A stretch of 64,000 nucleotides of DNA, taken from the NCBI GenBank assembly GCA_034780895.1, contig JAUZTB010000080.1:7655347-7719346 (forward strand), given 5' to 3'. The translations under genes were made by a program, and so were the position numbers. Shown here in pieces: positions 12,486-26,086 of the stretch; position 1 is the stretch's first letter, and the number at the start of each line of letters is the position of its first letter. This DNA is from Rhynchobatus australiae. Its lineage: Eukaryota. Under the pieces are notes generated by a model, which saw nothing but the letters and a program-made list of their open reading frames with translations, ran no database searches and was not told where the DNA came from.

Positions 12486-12758
12486 ATTAAGGACCCTCAC
12501 CATCCGGGACATGCCCTCTTCTTGTTACTACCATCAGGGAGGAGGTACAGGAGCCTGAAGACCTGAGCTCAACAATTCAGGAACAACTCCTTCCCCGTGC
12601 CACTAGATTTCCGAAGGGTCCATGAACCCAACCTCATTATTCCTTTTTTTTGCACTACTTATTTTTGTAATTTATGGCGATTTTAGGTCTTTGCACTGTA
12701 CTACTGCCACAAAATAACAAACTTCACATCATGTCAGTGATCATAAATTTGATTCTGA
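12486..12758 (+). mobile_element. Rex1/Babar-like LINE 3' end
   Basis: translates IKDPHHPGHALFLLLPSGRRYRSLKT, the typical Rex1 C-terminus, followed by 3' UTR and a GATTCTGA tail. Confidence 0.8.
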
Positions 12759-14059
12759 CAGACCACTTCAATTTTCTCCCAATTGAGCTCTTATTTGTAC
12801 ATTTTCAGTCAGGATTGATAGTTAACAGTACTAGAGCAGCAAAATAGCTTCCTCTCGGGCTGGAGCAGTTTGGCCAAATTAACAGAAGGAACCTTTTATT
12901 TTTTTACTTAGTGAGTAGCTGATCTCGTGTTTGGATATTTACTGTGCTACTCATTTCAGGCGGACAATGGGAAGAAACACAATTAACATGGTGTCAAATT
13001 ACATTTGATAAATCAGTGCAGTGCCTTGGGGTGTTTTTAACACATTAAAAAGGTGGTAAATAAAAGCCAATTGTTGTTTTGATTATGTTCAAGGTATTAA
13101 TTATATTTAAAAGCACGGATCAGGCCCTTTAACTTAGGAAGGAAAAGTGAGAATACTGGTTTCAAAAAGCCTACAGCCGTGCCTATTACACCATGCTGTG
13201 TCCTGTAGCTGGTAAATAAAAATAAGCAGCACCTGAGAAAAGGAGGAAGATGGAGCAAGAACATCATGGGGAAGGAATAACTGCAAGAAATTTCAGTCAC
13301 CATGGTTAATAGCGCATAGTTTTGTTTTAATCTCATAAGAAACATTTTAGGACATGCAAAATAAAAACATTTTTCTGCTGCACATCTTGCAATCAAATGG
13401 AGGACACCCAGTTCTTAAATTACCAGGCACTTCATCAAAAACAAATGGCTGGTTGACGATGATTTATCCACATCAAGGACATCCTCCCTTATGGCACCAT
13501 AATTGAGCTAAGTAAGATAGAATCTGAACAGATTTGGCAGCTCAAACCTGGACACCTAAGAGGCAGAGAATTTAATCTGCATCAGTGGATTCTATAGTTG
13601 CTGTTCTGCTGCACCTTATCAAAAGCCTTCTGGAAGTCCACGTACACCACATCGACTACACCACCCAGATCAACTCTATTATCTAAAAATGAAGTCACAA
13701 CTTTGTGGAGCTGCAACACATGCTAAACAGTATGCAACATAAACAAAGCCAAGTGATCTCACTACCAGTGGTTCAGGTTATAGCTCTGTAGTCCTGCTAC
13801 ATTTTGTTGTGGATGGAGGTGGGCAACTGAATACTAACAAGAGGTTGCTCCAGGAACATCCCAATCCTCAACAATGGCAAGGGCCAGTCCTCAAGTATTA
13901 AAGCTTTGGCCCCCATCATCAAAAACCACCTGCCAAAGATACCTGCAGTGGTCTGTCTTCTCAAAAGGCACTTACTGACTCGATTAAGACAGATCATTTC
14001 CAGCGATGGATGCTATATCCGAACACCAAGAGCGAATGCGTCTCATTTCACCTTAAAAT

Positions 14060-14390
14060 CTTCTTGGACAATTCTTCATGATCAAGGATGACTTGCTTCA
14101 ATTATGGTTGTGTTGGTTCTGAGGTGGCTGATGAGATCAATGTTGGAATTGCAAACTCTCCCACAGATGGGGTGGGACACACCTGGATGGTGAACTCCTA
14201 TCGCTTATACAGGTTTTCTGTGTGCTCCTAGTGCATGGCCTCCAGGTTAACAATGATGTTCTGAATGCTCCTCATCTAGTCTCAGGTTCCCAAGAGCAAA
14301 GATGTTGCATTTCAAGGTGGCTCTGAATACATCTTGAAACTTTTCCTCTGTCAACCTGGTAATCTCGTGACCGAACTTGTAATAGATGAT
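14060..14390 (-). mobile_element. RTE-clade LINE 3' fragment
   Basis: TTCTGAGGTGGCTGATGAGATCAATGTTGGAATTGCAAACTCTCCCACAGATGG matches 15074-15130 and the reverse complement of the RTE 3' ends near 19700 and 36250. Confidence 0.65.
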
Positions 14391-14419
14391 TTTAGGAGTA
14401 ACAGAAAATCAAAAAATTG

Positions 14420-14570
14420 TGGAGGTTAGAAATCGGAAATAAAAACAGAAAATAGTAGAAATACTCAACAGGCCAGGTGGCATGTTTGGGGAGAGAAACA
14501 TAAACTCAGTTTCTACTTCTCTAGATACTGCCTGACCTGCCAAGTGCTTCTAACATTTTCTGCTTTCATA
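14420..14570. mobile_element. fold-back element of inverted PLE termini
   Basis: arm AAAACAGAAAATAGTAGAAATACTCAACAGGCCAGG pairs with ACTGCCTGACCTGCCAAGTGCTTCTAACATTTTCTGC. Confidence 0.65.
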
Positions 14571-14584
14571 TCTATTTTGAGAGG

Positions 14585-14690
14585 CCAGATGGACTGCAAC
14601 AATTCAAGAGGGTGGCTCATCACCACTTTCTAAAGGACAATTAGGTTTGAGCATTAAATACTAGACTAGAAAATTACACCCACATCCCTC
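14585..14690 (+). mobile_element. L2/Crack-like LINE 3' tail
   Basis: ATGGACTGCAACAATTCAAGAGGGTGGCTCATCACCACTTTCTAAAGGACAATTAGG; related reverse copies lie at about 16690 and 52010. Confidence 0.55.
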
Positions 14691-15019
14691 CGCCCCCCCC
14701 CAAACAAAAATGTTGATTGTGCACCTACCCATTGTAAACAAATTTTCAGAGCAGCAAGTTTGCGGGTAATGAGGGTGGAAGGAATATTGGTTTTAAAAGA
14801 ACTTGTTTGAATCCAGAAGTTAAAAAATTTTTATTTTCCAAATATAAGTCTTCTGAAGCATCAAGATACAAGTTGTTACTACTGAATCTATTCACATTGA
14901 ATTGAAGACAGTGAGAAACAAAGCTCAAATCAGCAGTGCTTATGTACCAGAAACCAACAAAATCCAAACTGATAAAAAAATCATTACTACTTTGAACACG
15001 CTAAATTACTGTCCAGGAT

Positions 15020-16085
15020 GAATTCAACAATCCTTCAGGTTTGAAGATGCCTTGCTTCTTCCCTGGTTGTATGTTCTGAGGTGGCCGATTATGCCAATGT
15101 GGGAATCATGGATTCTTCCATGAATGGAGTAGGTGATAGCTGATAAGGTAGGCAGATGGGCAATTTGTGAGGTGTGCATATTTTCCACTGGTTACAGGTC
15201 TTGTGTACACTACAATACACGGCCTAGAAGTTTTCATTAACATCCCGAGCATACCTTCCCTAGTTTGAGCGCTCAGGACCAGAGGTTCCTAGGAATTCAT
15301 GTACTTCAAGAAAGCTTTGACTACATCCTTGAACCTTTTTCACTGATCACAGGGTAATCTCTTTCCATGAGAGAGCATGGAATATAGTGTCTGTTTCTGG
15401 AATCCCGTGTCAAGCAAGTAAAAGATGTGGTTTGCCCGATGTAACTAACTGAGACTAACAAAGGCCTTTCTGCTGGCGATATTGGCTTGTGGGGAAGATA
15501 TCCGCAGTGGATCACTTCCACAATTTGGAAATTTTGCAGTACCAGCACAGGCTGTATTTTTCAAGTGCCAGTTGTAGGTAGTTCAGATCTCAGAAACATA
15601 TAGGAAGGCAGGGGATCACTGCTGCTCGATAAACCATGAGTTTTGTGCTTGTGGGTCCAAGGTCTTGATCTTGCAGTACCCCCTTCTCCATTTGACCAAA
15701 AGCTGTGCTGGTGCATTGAAGACGGTGGTAACTTTCATTACTGACATCTGCATTTACCNNNNNNNNNNNNNNNNNNNNNNNNNNNNNNNNNNNNNNNNNN
15801 NNNNNNNNNNNNNNNNNNNNNNNNNNNNNNNNNNNNNNNNNNNNNNNNNNNNNNNNNNNNNNNNNNNNNNNNNNNNNNNNNNNNNNNNNNNNNNNATGTT
15901 GAGTGTATGGCCATCCTCTCATATGCTTCAATGAACAAGTTGACAACATCTGGGAGCTCAGTCCGAGAGAGTGTACAGAAACATATGCGGCAGCTCAACC
16001 ACAAGATCCGAGAGTGTAGCCAGCGTAAGTTCCATTAGTTCTGAAGTCTCCCCCTACTCCCATGGGAAGTTTGTTGGTGGCAAAG
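15020..16085 (-). mobile_element. decayed RTE (BovB/Expander-like) LINE, RT to 3' end
   Basis: the ORF track reads HRLQCTSTAFGQM...DQDLGPTSTKLMVYRAAVIP, matching the RTE motif HRLQCASAAFGRL...TKLMVYRAVVIP. Confidence 0.85.
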
Positions 16086-16689
16086 CTCTGTGGAGGTTGT
16101 AGATTCAGCAAGAGGTCCTGGTTTATTCCACTCCAGCATCTCTCTCAGTAATATCCACACATCAGAGTAGTCAATGGACCCGAGCCAGCTGTATACAAGG
16201 ACAGACTTTTAGTGGTTCACCAGTGTTCTGGTTTAATGTAAAGGCAGACAAGTGGGAATCAGGAGCCAGGGGTGGGGCTGGAGCCAAGGTCAGGATGTAA
16301 GCCTGGTGTGTAGCTGGGTTTAGGAACTGGTGACTAGATGAAAAGAAAGGAAGGAGGTGGGGGACAAGTGCCCACCTAGGTATGTGAGAATTAATTAATT
16401 ATTCACAGAAACAGAGCAAAAAAGCAAGATATACTGCAGTGCAACTGACCTGACACAAATCCTTAATCCTCTCCATATTTCTCAAATCTTGAACAAAAAC
16501 AAAACCACATAATTGCTGCTCATGCTAACTGTAGGAAAACTGAAACTGAAGAACAATTGTAGACTTTCAAACACAAATTACTTAATTTCAACTGCTTTAT
16601 TAGACAAGTAATTTTATCATTACTTTACTGCTTGGTTTCATAGTCTTCCCAATCAATTTGAATAAAAACTATTTAAAACTACTTTAAAG

Positions 16690-17110
16690 TTATGGGCATC
16701 GCTGGCAAGGTCATCATTTATTGCACATCCCTAATTACAATAGAGGTGTTGACGAACAGTCTTCCTGAATTGCCACAGTTCTTTAGGAGAAGGTACTCCT
16801 ACCATGCAGTTTGGGAAGGAGACCCAGAAATGGAGGAGGACAGGCAATAAATTTCCATGTCTATATGGTGGTCAATCTAGGAGGTGGGCGTGTTNNNNNN
16901 NNNNNNNNNNNNNNNNNNNNNNNNNNNNNNNNNNNNNNNNNNNNNNNNNNNNNNNNNNNNNNNNNNNNNNNNNNNNNNNNNNNNNNNNNNNNNNAAATTT
17001 CCATGTCAATATGGTGGTCAATCTAGGAGGTGGGCGTGTTCCCCGTAGCTACTGTTCTTGTTTTTTTCTTTTTGCAGTGGTCACTGGTTTTGGGAAGTAT
17101 CATCAAAGTA
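16690..17110 (-). mobile_element. L2/Crack-like LINE 3' part (spans a gap)
   Basis: TGGGCATCGCTGGCAAGGTCATCATTTATTGCACATCCCTAATT is the reverse complement of the same tail family as 14585-14690. Confidence 0.6.
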
Positions 17111-18519
17111 GCCTGGGCAGCTCTGTGCTGCCTGAATTTCTCACTGCTACATCAGCCCCGTCTTCTCAGTGAAAGTTGCAGCTGAGCCTTGGTATCACAA
17201 TAAAATTCAGTTTCCACCACCAAGAATGATTTCTTCAACTCAAACTGATTCTTTCAAATGTTGAGGGCAGCAATTAGTCTTCAGTATAACAGGTCTAAGT
17301 TTTTAGGGTGATCTTTCCATGTTAACAGCATACTAACCAATAAATATATTTCTCTTATCATACAAACTGACAAAGCCTGCTCTGCAGTTTCAAGCTAGAA
17401 ACTAAACATCCATGAAAGACTGAACAGATTTGGAGGGAATCATCCAAGGGTTTCATATAATCTGCTTTGCATAAATCACTGCTTCTTGTTTGCAATATAA
17501 ATACAACTACATTCAAAATCTTTTCTGTGCATAAGCTATTGAGTGCTGTTTTAAAATTAGAGGAATTGACCTTGGACCTGAAGGACATTGCTTATGGGAA
17601 AACAATTTGGCTGTAAAGTTGATGGAAACATCTGATCATGTGAAACTAGAATAAACCCTTTGAAGTAAAAAGGATTTGTAGTTGGATGCATAACCATGCT
17701 GTTCTTTCATATTGCTCTCCTTGTGTATCCAAATCCTTGCATTACTTCTGCATTGCAGCAATATCCAACCTACAAATGCAAGTCAAAATAAACCGAACAC
17801 ACAAATCCATACATTTTTGCTCTGCAGCTTCACTAACTTGGAGCCAATTCTTGAAGTTTGTCCCGAGTACCCATCATAAGGACACAAGCTTCTGCATTTT
17901 TCAGCACTGTACACTTTGTGGATGTCTCCTCAAATCAATGCTACATTATGCATGTTTAAAGTGTAAAAAAATGATATCTGATGGCATTATTCACTGCAGA
18001 ACCAGGATTAAAATCAGTTGAGTTCTAATTTTCGTTAGGAGTGTATTTCAACCGAATTAGATCCACAATAATGAAGTACAAAGTTGACTAAGAGTTCCCT
18101 TTCCCAAATAGTCATAACACTGTCACTTAAAACTCAGAANNNNNNNNNNAAATTAATGAATGCATCCACCAAGCTGTAATTTTCATGCATTCCAGATGAA
18201 TCTTCACAACGTAGTTTTAGAATTGTAGGCATTTGCAGTGTTGCTGATCTGCTTACTGGCGCATTTTCTAGCACACTGAAACAGTTAGCACAGACTATTT
18301 TAATTACACAGATTTACAAAGTTTTTTGTCAGTCAACCAAGATGAGATGCATTTTTTTTTAAAAAAACATAACCAGTAAAAGGAGTCTTCAAAAATTAGT
18401 CAGGATTCAACTTCAGTACAAGGAGAGTTCAGAAGGTGATTAAGTACACAGGTGCAAATTAGAATGACTTCACTGTAATTTAAAAACAAAGAACACCACC
18501 AAATGTTGATTACATTCTT

Positions 18520-19830
18520 CACAGAGCAAATACTTACAAAGGCACCACCCAATGGTAGTAGAAAAGGCATAGATGAAAGAATTTGTATGCACTTCTGGTA
18601 CAGGCCAACTACAGCCTGCCACAGGAAAGTTATTGCAAGGGCTTCCTCAATTGCTTTTGCACAGTGGCTAAAGAGCTGCTCCCTGAACCACAACATGGAT
18701 TCTGTTATCAAGAGGCACAAGGGATATGACCTTCACCATGCAACAACTCCCAGGAGAAATGCAAGCAGCAGTTTCAGTTTCAACAATACATAGTCTTGCT
18801 TAACCTTTCAAAAGCCCTTGACTGCCAAATGAGGACTAAGAATCCCTCTCAAATTTGGACTACACGTCTGCTACATGATGGCAATGAAGCGGCAATTCTA
18901 ATCAATGCATTCACCACAAACACAATCCTAATGCCGCACAAGGTCAAGCAAAGCTGACATCACTTTAACCCACTTCTCAAGCTTTCTCACTGCAATGTTG
19001 TAACTCACAACTGCAAATCAATGGTCTTTTACCTTCTGATGCTGTATAATGTCACACCTCACCAAAAGTAATAGTTCACAACAATATGTGCAAAAATGTG
19101 GATCACTTTCTATACCCTGGAGCTCATTTCTCATGCAAAGGCAAGCATCAATGATCAAATTCACTACTGCCTCCAATGGTCTGCACTTCCTTCAAGTGCC
19201 CAAGGAAAAGTGTTGACAGTTGACCTCAACCTGGCACCAAGTTATTCCTACATTTCAGAAACATGGACTATCTATAGCAGTCATTTCAAAGCTAGAGAGA
19301 TACCTGCAATTTCTTCCAAGTCCACTGACAGGATAGGTGAACTACTGTCAGAGTCCTTTCCCAAAGCAACATCCCCAAGACTGATGTTCTCAGTTACTCT
19401 CAGCATCATTGATGAGGGCCATACAATTTGGACGGTCAGCATCAAATTCCCAAAACAGGCATGCTACTTGGAGCTCTAATTTGGTAAAAAGAAATCAGAA
19501 TCAAGAGAAAATGCTTTAAGGCTGTTTGCAGAGCTTCCTTGGGAAAAAAATATAGCATCCTTAAGGGCTCATGGAAATCCCTAGCCCATAACATTCAAAA
19601 TAGATGAGCAGCAGCATCAGGGAAGCTAGAGTCTTTTTTTCCCAAAAGCACAAAGACAATCAGTGAAAAAGCACACCACCTCCTCTACCATCCATCCACC
19701 ACATCTCCTGCTCCACCTGTAGCAGAGTCTGCAGATCCAACACAAGTCTCATCAGCCATCTCACAAAAACAAAAATCATAGATCGGAAGGCAACCAAGTT
19801 ATCCATGAAAGAATGTGCAAGATGACAATG
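18520..19830 (+). mobile_element. decayed RTE LINE (RT to 3' end)
   Basis: frameshifted remnants of RGT.DM.FT..QL.EKC, L.KA.D, SINDQIHYCLQ, SETWTIYS and PKQ..Y.EL, then an RTE-type 3' end. Confidence 0.8.
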
Positions 19831-20974
19831 ATGGCTTCCGTTACAGACCCTTAATTGCAGGCAGCAAAGAACATTTTTAGCTCATCTATTATTCCCTGAT
19901 CAAAACAAGTTGGTAATCCTGTTACTTTCAAAAGGTAACCAGTATTTACTGAAACTGAATACATCTTGGTGCTAGAATTGGCATAGGAAAAAAACATTAC
20001 AAGTAAAACATTACAAATTTCCTCATGGGGGAGGTGAGAAGAGCAAGCTCTTTACTTCCCAAAGTCTCACCATCATTAAAACCACTTGTTAACTTCTACT
20101 TTTAACTAATATCACACAGGATATCTTTTAAAATCCAATCATTGAAAAGAATGATTTTGTTTTATTGCCTACTCCCCCAAGACAATCATTTAAATAAACA
20201 GTTGACCCAAAAGTTGTGCTGTTGTGAATTGTTGTTCAAATTCTTTTACGGGGTACCCAGATACCCATGTTAAAACATCAATATACTTATCTGACTAGAT
20301 TTTGAACTACATGCTCTTTTTCTACATTTTTAAATTGTTCTTGGGCATTCCATGTTATGATACAAAGCACAGAGGGCATTGAGCTGTTCAAAATGTTCAA
20401 TGTTCAAAACAGTAACTATAGAATGAGTAAAAAAAATTCACCAACAGGTCATTGAACTACATATTCAACTTAATTTGCTGGACATTCAACCAATTAGTAT
20501 TCAATTATGTAATAAATCAAGAAATCGAAGTGAAGGCTATCCAACCTTTAATGCATATTGCTTTAGTTTAACAGCTTTAAGTACAACTAATTTATTCTGG
20601 AAAAACCTTGCTGTGACAATTCATCTCCCTGCCTCTTTTTAACCAAAACATGCAACTCATAACAGTTTATTAAATAAAACTGGCAATTACTGACTTGCTT
20701 ATAACAAGCAGAAATCTAGTTTCTACACAAACCACAAGGAGCCCTGTCCACTAAGGGTCACCTTCAGTACAAACATTGAGGTCTTATAGAAAGGGAAATT
20801 GAAAGAAGATGCACTGTTATAACTTTGTTGATCGTTTAAAATTATTTACGGCAAAACTCTGCACTGAAGAATTTGCTTGAGTATCCAGTAATTGCAATAG
20901 TATTCAGATCATCAGGGTAAAATAAACCGTTTTTACAAACAAAATACAAACAACCCAAGTTCTTGCATTACCCC

Positions 20975-21832
20975 TGTCGTTTCGGAATTAAGTTCTCACT
21001 TCTGTCCGCTGTAAAGTAACACAGTGCCATGAGGTCGATTCGATAAAACACGTTTATTAGTAGTGCACTGCTAAGGAGAAGTCTCTTCAGCACTCGTTAC
21101 GAGTTGCTTCCCGAGGTCTCCCCGTACAAAGGAGCAGACATAAATTTATACAGATATTGTCACGCACACTTAATGCACGCGGCGTTGCGAGTTTCAGTCA
21201 AGCCACAGAGATCCCAACACAGACATCGCACCTACAGTCCAGCATAAATGAGTTATAATCAAGAAATTCAAAGACAGGTTTCACCCCTCATTGTGTAGGA
21301 AAAGCTTCCCACTCGTTGTTTATCGCACCCAGTACTCCTATTGTCTAACATAATGGAACTGGAACCTTGGACAAAGTAATTAACACCTTATCCACTGAGT
21401 CAGTAGCTTGCATGCTCTTGCTTGTGAGGTACTTTTTTCCCCCCTATCAGCTATAGGTATGGTTACAGTTTTTAACCCTTTACCAAATTAATTTAGTGGA
21501 CTACTGCAACTGCTAATGATACTCAACCATAAGGGTCAGCAAGATTCCAATCGTGTAACTGAACCTCAAATGAGATGGCTCTGAAATATTATCTTAAAAC
21601 TAGATACGAGCTTCTACCAGAAACATCACTTTTGTGTGCTTGTCAAAGCATATCTTGTTGCAGCCAGACATGTGGTCTCCCTACAATGTACCTAAATTAA
21701 TGTCTGCAGCTAGTTGCAAGATAATGCCATTTCAGCTAGGTATTAGGAGGGTGCCAGATCCCATGCAACTATAATCCATCCAGGTTCACTGGCTTTACAA
21801 GAGAGGTAAAACAGTAAAAGAAACTCTCCTCA
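20975..21832 (-). mobile_element. solo LTR-like element
   Basis: CpG-rich relative to its flanks; the minus strand begins TGAGGAG and ends ...CGACA, with a TATA-like TGTATAAA (about 21145-21152) and AATAAA (about 21053-21058) roughly 80 bp before the end; no clean target-site duplication (TSD) identified. Confidence 0.55.
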
Positions 21833-22524
21833 ATAACCCTTGTCTGCACTTTAATCCTTTATAATGCTTTCCCAACTACCACAGTAGTGCAGCTGACACA
21901 GCAGCACATCAAAGACTTGGGAAGAAATTATGGGATGGGGTGAAAAGGGCTACAACAGCAATTTGACTAAGTGTATTAAATAATGGAACCTGAAATCAAT
22001 GTGATTAGGCTGATCAAAGCAAGAGTTTGTCCTGGGAGGGAGCATGATAAAAGGGGATTATTTTCAACAATTCTCATCAATTCTGGTTAGCATTTGATCA
22101 GCTGGCCAAAATACATTGCTCTGAGCAAAGACAGAAGTCATTATAAGTTATCTATATTACATCAATACTATTTTCCTTATTGCTTAAAACTCTGAGCATT
22201 AGTACATCGAGGCTTCAATAAGTAGGCTGTGACCATGCACTTTTCTTCCCCTCATACAATGAGTCATGTCTACTGGGACAACAATTTATTTTTGGTGAGG
22301 CAACTGACTGCTACATGCAAAATCCAATCAGCATGGAAAGGAATCTTCAAATCAAACTCATGAAACATATGGAACACCACATTTCAACCATCCCAATGCA
22401 CACTTTCTCACCACCATGCATTCANNNNNNNNNNNNNNNNNNNNNNNNNNNNNNNNNNNNNNNNNNNNNNNNNNNNNNNNNNNNNNNNNNNNNNNNNNNN
22501 NNNNNNNNNNNNNNNNNNNNNNNN

Positions 22525-22782
22525 AAGAAGCTGTTCCTGAATCGTTGAGTGTGGGTCTTCAGGCTCCTGTACCTCCTCCCCGATGGTAGTAACGAGAAGA
22601 GTGCATGTCCCGGGTGGTGAGGGTCCTTAGTGATGGATGCCATCTTCTTGAGGCACCACCTCTTGAAGATGACCTCGATGGTGGGGAGGGCTGTGCCTGT
22701 GATGGAGCTGGCTGAGTCTACAACCCTCTTGCGATCCTGTGCATCGAAGGCTCCGTACCAGTCGGTGATGCAACCAGTCAGG
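22525..22782 (-). mobile_element. Rex1/Babar-like LINE fragment
   Basis: minus ORF ITKDPHHPGHALFSLLPSGRRYRSLKTHTQRFRNSF. Confidence 0.85.
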
Positions 22783-23569
22783 AATGCTGCCTGACTAGCT
22801 GTATATTTCCAACTGTTCCCATCATTACAGTTCTTTTCAGGGCCTCAACTGACTTGTGCAAAGGAAGATCCCACAGACAGCAATGTCATTTGACAAGATA
22901 ATCAAATGTTAACCAAATTGCACAACACCAAGCTATGAACAGGAAACAAATTCATAACTATGACCACTTTTGCATAGTTAAAACATTTCTGGAAATACTT
23001 TGCATTTAATATTTTTTGCAAACAACAAAGGCTGATGCTGTCTGACCTGCTGAGTATTTGCAGCATTGTTGCTTTTACTGAAGTAAAAATTTGCATAATT
23101 ATATTTTCTTTATGGTGTAGAGCACAGGACAGCGTAATGTTTGAAAGCAGCACAAGAATTAAATTAGTGATCAGATGTCAAGCTTAAAATGTTGTGGGGA
23201 TGTGAGAGGGTGGAGAAACTGAGGGAGATAAAATGACTGTGTGGTTTCATTGTTCTCTGAGCTAGAATGCAAATCTTAATGAGAAATTCAGGCATGGGTC
23301 TGAAGCTTGTGGTTCTGGGCTACCAAGACTAAAAATTGCATTTGTTTCATTTAGTTTTGTAGTTAAACTTTCTTTACCTAGCAATTTTTGTTTGAGGCAG
23401 TAGTAGTAATATAAAATGTCAAATAAGTAGCCTTCAGTCTCCTAGATAATTGAGTAACCAACAGAACTGGTTATTTGAAGTCAGGTGACTCAAAAGTACT
23501 GATACCTGGGATACTAAATCTGAATCTGTGATCTGAGCTAAAAGCACAAATGAACTTTTAGAAAAGGTT

Positions 23570-25600
23570 CCTCTGAAAGTCATTTTATTTCCATTTGAAA
23601 CTAGGGTCTTAAATGTGAATAAAGAAAATTATGATGTAATGAGACAGAAGTTAGCTATGGGAGTTTGAGAAACTAGATTAAAAAGAAATGACAGCAACAG
23701 CTAACACTTAAAAAGGATTAACAGTTTACAAAGTATATATAAAATATCATCTTTATAGGAAATAGAGACCAGTGAGAGCTACTTTTCAAGGGATGTTGAA
23801 GATGGTATTTCAGAATTCTGCAAAAGGAGGTAAGAAGCGTCAACAAGGAAGAGAATACAAGGCTGGGCTAGCAAGAGACAGAACTGACTGGACAAGCTTG
23901 TATAGGCATCCAAGGTGGAAAAGATTTGTTGAAGTCAATGTGGGTCCCTAATATACTGAGGCAGAGGAATTAAATTGGGTAGTCAACATAGATTTATGAA
24001 AGGGAAGTCATGCATGGCACATCTGTTTTGAGACTATAGCTTGCAGAGTAGAAAAGAAGGAACAAGCAATATAGTGTATTTGGGCTTTCCATAGGCCTTT
24101 AATAAGGTGCCATATGATATTATTAAATATAATTACAATATATAGTATTAGGGATAATGTACCGATTTAGATTGAGGATTGGTTAACAGACAGAAAACAC
24201 AAGAATAAACATGTCATTTTTGGGCTGGAAGCTACGGCAAGTGGGATGCCACACTAGCACTGTTGTCAATCCCAACTGATTCCAAATTATAGCTATAATT
24301 TGGATGAGGGGAATCAAGTTAAATATATCCAAGTTTGCCAATGACATGAAACTAAATGGTGGTGTGGGCTATGAGGAGGATTCAGAGAGGCTTCAGTACA
24401 GCTGTACAAGACATGGGTAAAACTGCACAGAGTATTGTGTGCAGTTCTGGTTGCCTAGCTATAGGAATGATGTCATTAAACTGGAAAGAGTGCAGAAAAG
24501 ATTCACAAGGATGTTACTGGGACTGGATGGCTTAAGGTTTAAGGAGAGACTGGATGTGCTCGAGCAGTTGGATCTCTCAACAAGAGGTTGAGAGGTGATG
24601 TTATGGAGGGGCATAGATGGGGTGGATGGGACAGTCAAGTACTGGAGGACATGCATTTAAGAGGGGAAAGATTTGGCAAGGACCTGAGGAGCAGGTTTTT
24701 CCCCACATAGGTGGTGGGTATATGGAATGGGCTGAAGGGGAGGTGGTGGAGGCAAGTACAGTTGCAGTGCTTGGGAGACATTTAGAGACCAAGAGATGTT
24801 GGTGTTCAAAAGGATTCATTTACTTATTACAGCACAGGAGGCTATTCAGCCCATCAGATCAGCACTGGCACCCAAAGCAATTCTTCCTCTTATTTTCCTG
24901 TGGCCCTGCAACAAATTCCCTCAAATTCCATCAACTCTGCATTGATTCACTTGATAGTTACCTATACAGTAGACAATTAACCCATTAATGTCTTTAGGAT
25001 GAAGGAGGAAACTGGACATCTGAAAGAAAATCAGTCATTGGAAGATGGAAACTCCACTCAGGATGCTCAAGGTCAGGATCAACCAGGCTAACTACTGTGC
25101 TACCATGTACAAGTATCTTGGTGTCTCCTTACATTTGGAAAGATGTACATGCAATAGAGGAAGCACAGCAAAGTCTCACCAGATTGCTTCCTGTGGTAGT
25201 ACAGAGATATCAAGCAGCCTGGGATCATACACGAATTTAGAAGAATGAAAGGTTCTCTCATTGAAACGTACTAAATTCTTAAAGCTTTATAGGGTGGATA
25301 TTGAGTTAATGTACCCCTAAACCCTGGGTGTTTAGGGCCAGTGGTCATAACCTCAAAAGAAAAGGGATGGGCACTCGGGACATATGGGGAAGAAAAAAAA
25401 CATTTCACCCAGACTAGTGAATCATTGCTCAGTTGCTTATTCAAGGTAGAGATAGATTTTTAGATGTGATAAAAATCCTGGGACATGTCAATTCTACAGG
25501 AAGATGGAATCGAGACAAAAAAAATCAACCATGAACTTATTAAATGCTGAGCACGTATAAGGGCCAAGTAGCCTACTCTTGCTACAATTTCTTATGTTTT
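23570..25600 (+). mobile_element. composite CR1 relic: old RT-3' copy interrupted by a younger CR1 fragment (about 24395-24800) and a SINE
   Basis: motifs QH.FMKGKSC, AFNKVP, ISKFANDMKL, EYCVQFW and LERVQKRFTRML; CR1 tail AAGGGCCAAGTAGCCTACTCTTGCT at about 25560. Confidence 0.85.
24830..25108 (-). mobile_element. HE1-like V-SINE
   Basis: reverse CR1-type tail (CAGCACAGGAGGCTATTCAGCCCATC), V-domain remnant TGTCTTTAGGATGAAGGAGGAAACTGGA and tRNA-like head AGGTCAGGATCAACC...ACTGTGCTACC. Confidence 0.65.
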
Positions 25601-26086
25601 TACGTCCAATTAGGCTCGCAGCAAGTTGGCAGAACTAAGGCTTAGCAGCCCCAAAGTCATTGTTTGAACAATGAACTATAACCAGGTAAGCTTGCCAGAG
25701 GTGCTTATTTATTTCAACATTGGCATCCAGAGTGCAGTCCTCAAATGGTAATTTAATCTGCTTTGGTTCCACTATTAAGACTGCCCAATTAGAGTTTCAT
25801 GGACCTGTCTTGTCTTCGCATTGGATTGTTGATTTCACCCCCCCAGATGGGTTGACTTGTTTTAGTACCTCAATTGAAACATGGTGATCAACAAATAAAA
25901 ACAACCCAACTCTTCTGGGCCTGAAGGCAAAAGTCAAAAGGAATTGTCACACTGGAGAGTATAAAAATTCCATCAGCTTAGACAAGTGTTGTTTGGTTTC
26001 TAGCTACATCTCATTCAAGCAGTTGATGTATTGAAATCTAAACAAAGGAAAAGAGCAAGACAATTGAAAGCACGCAAGCAACTTAC

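Noticed and set aside
11822-12566. Long ORFs in the track, and similar ones at 2791, 3686, 44905, 53595 and 60343
   Set aside because: Their length comes from N runs translated as X; they are not real reading frames
16849-17040. 46-bp direct repeat AAATTTCCATGTC...GGGCGTGTT flanking a gap
   Set aside because: The near-identical sequence on both sides of a 100-N gap is most likely an unmerged contig overlap
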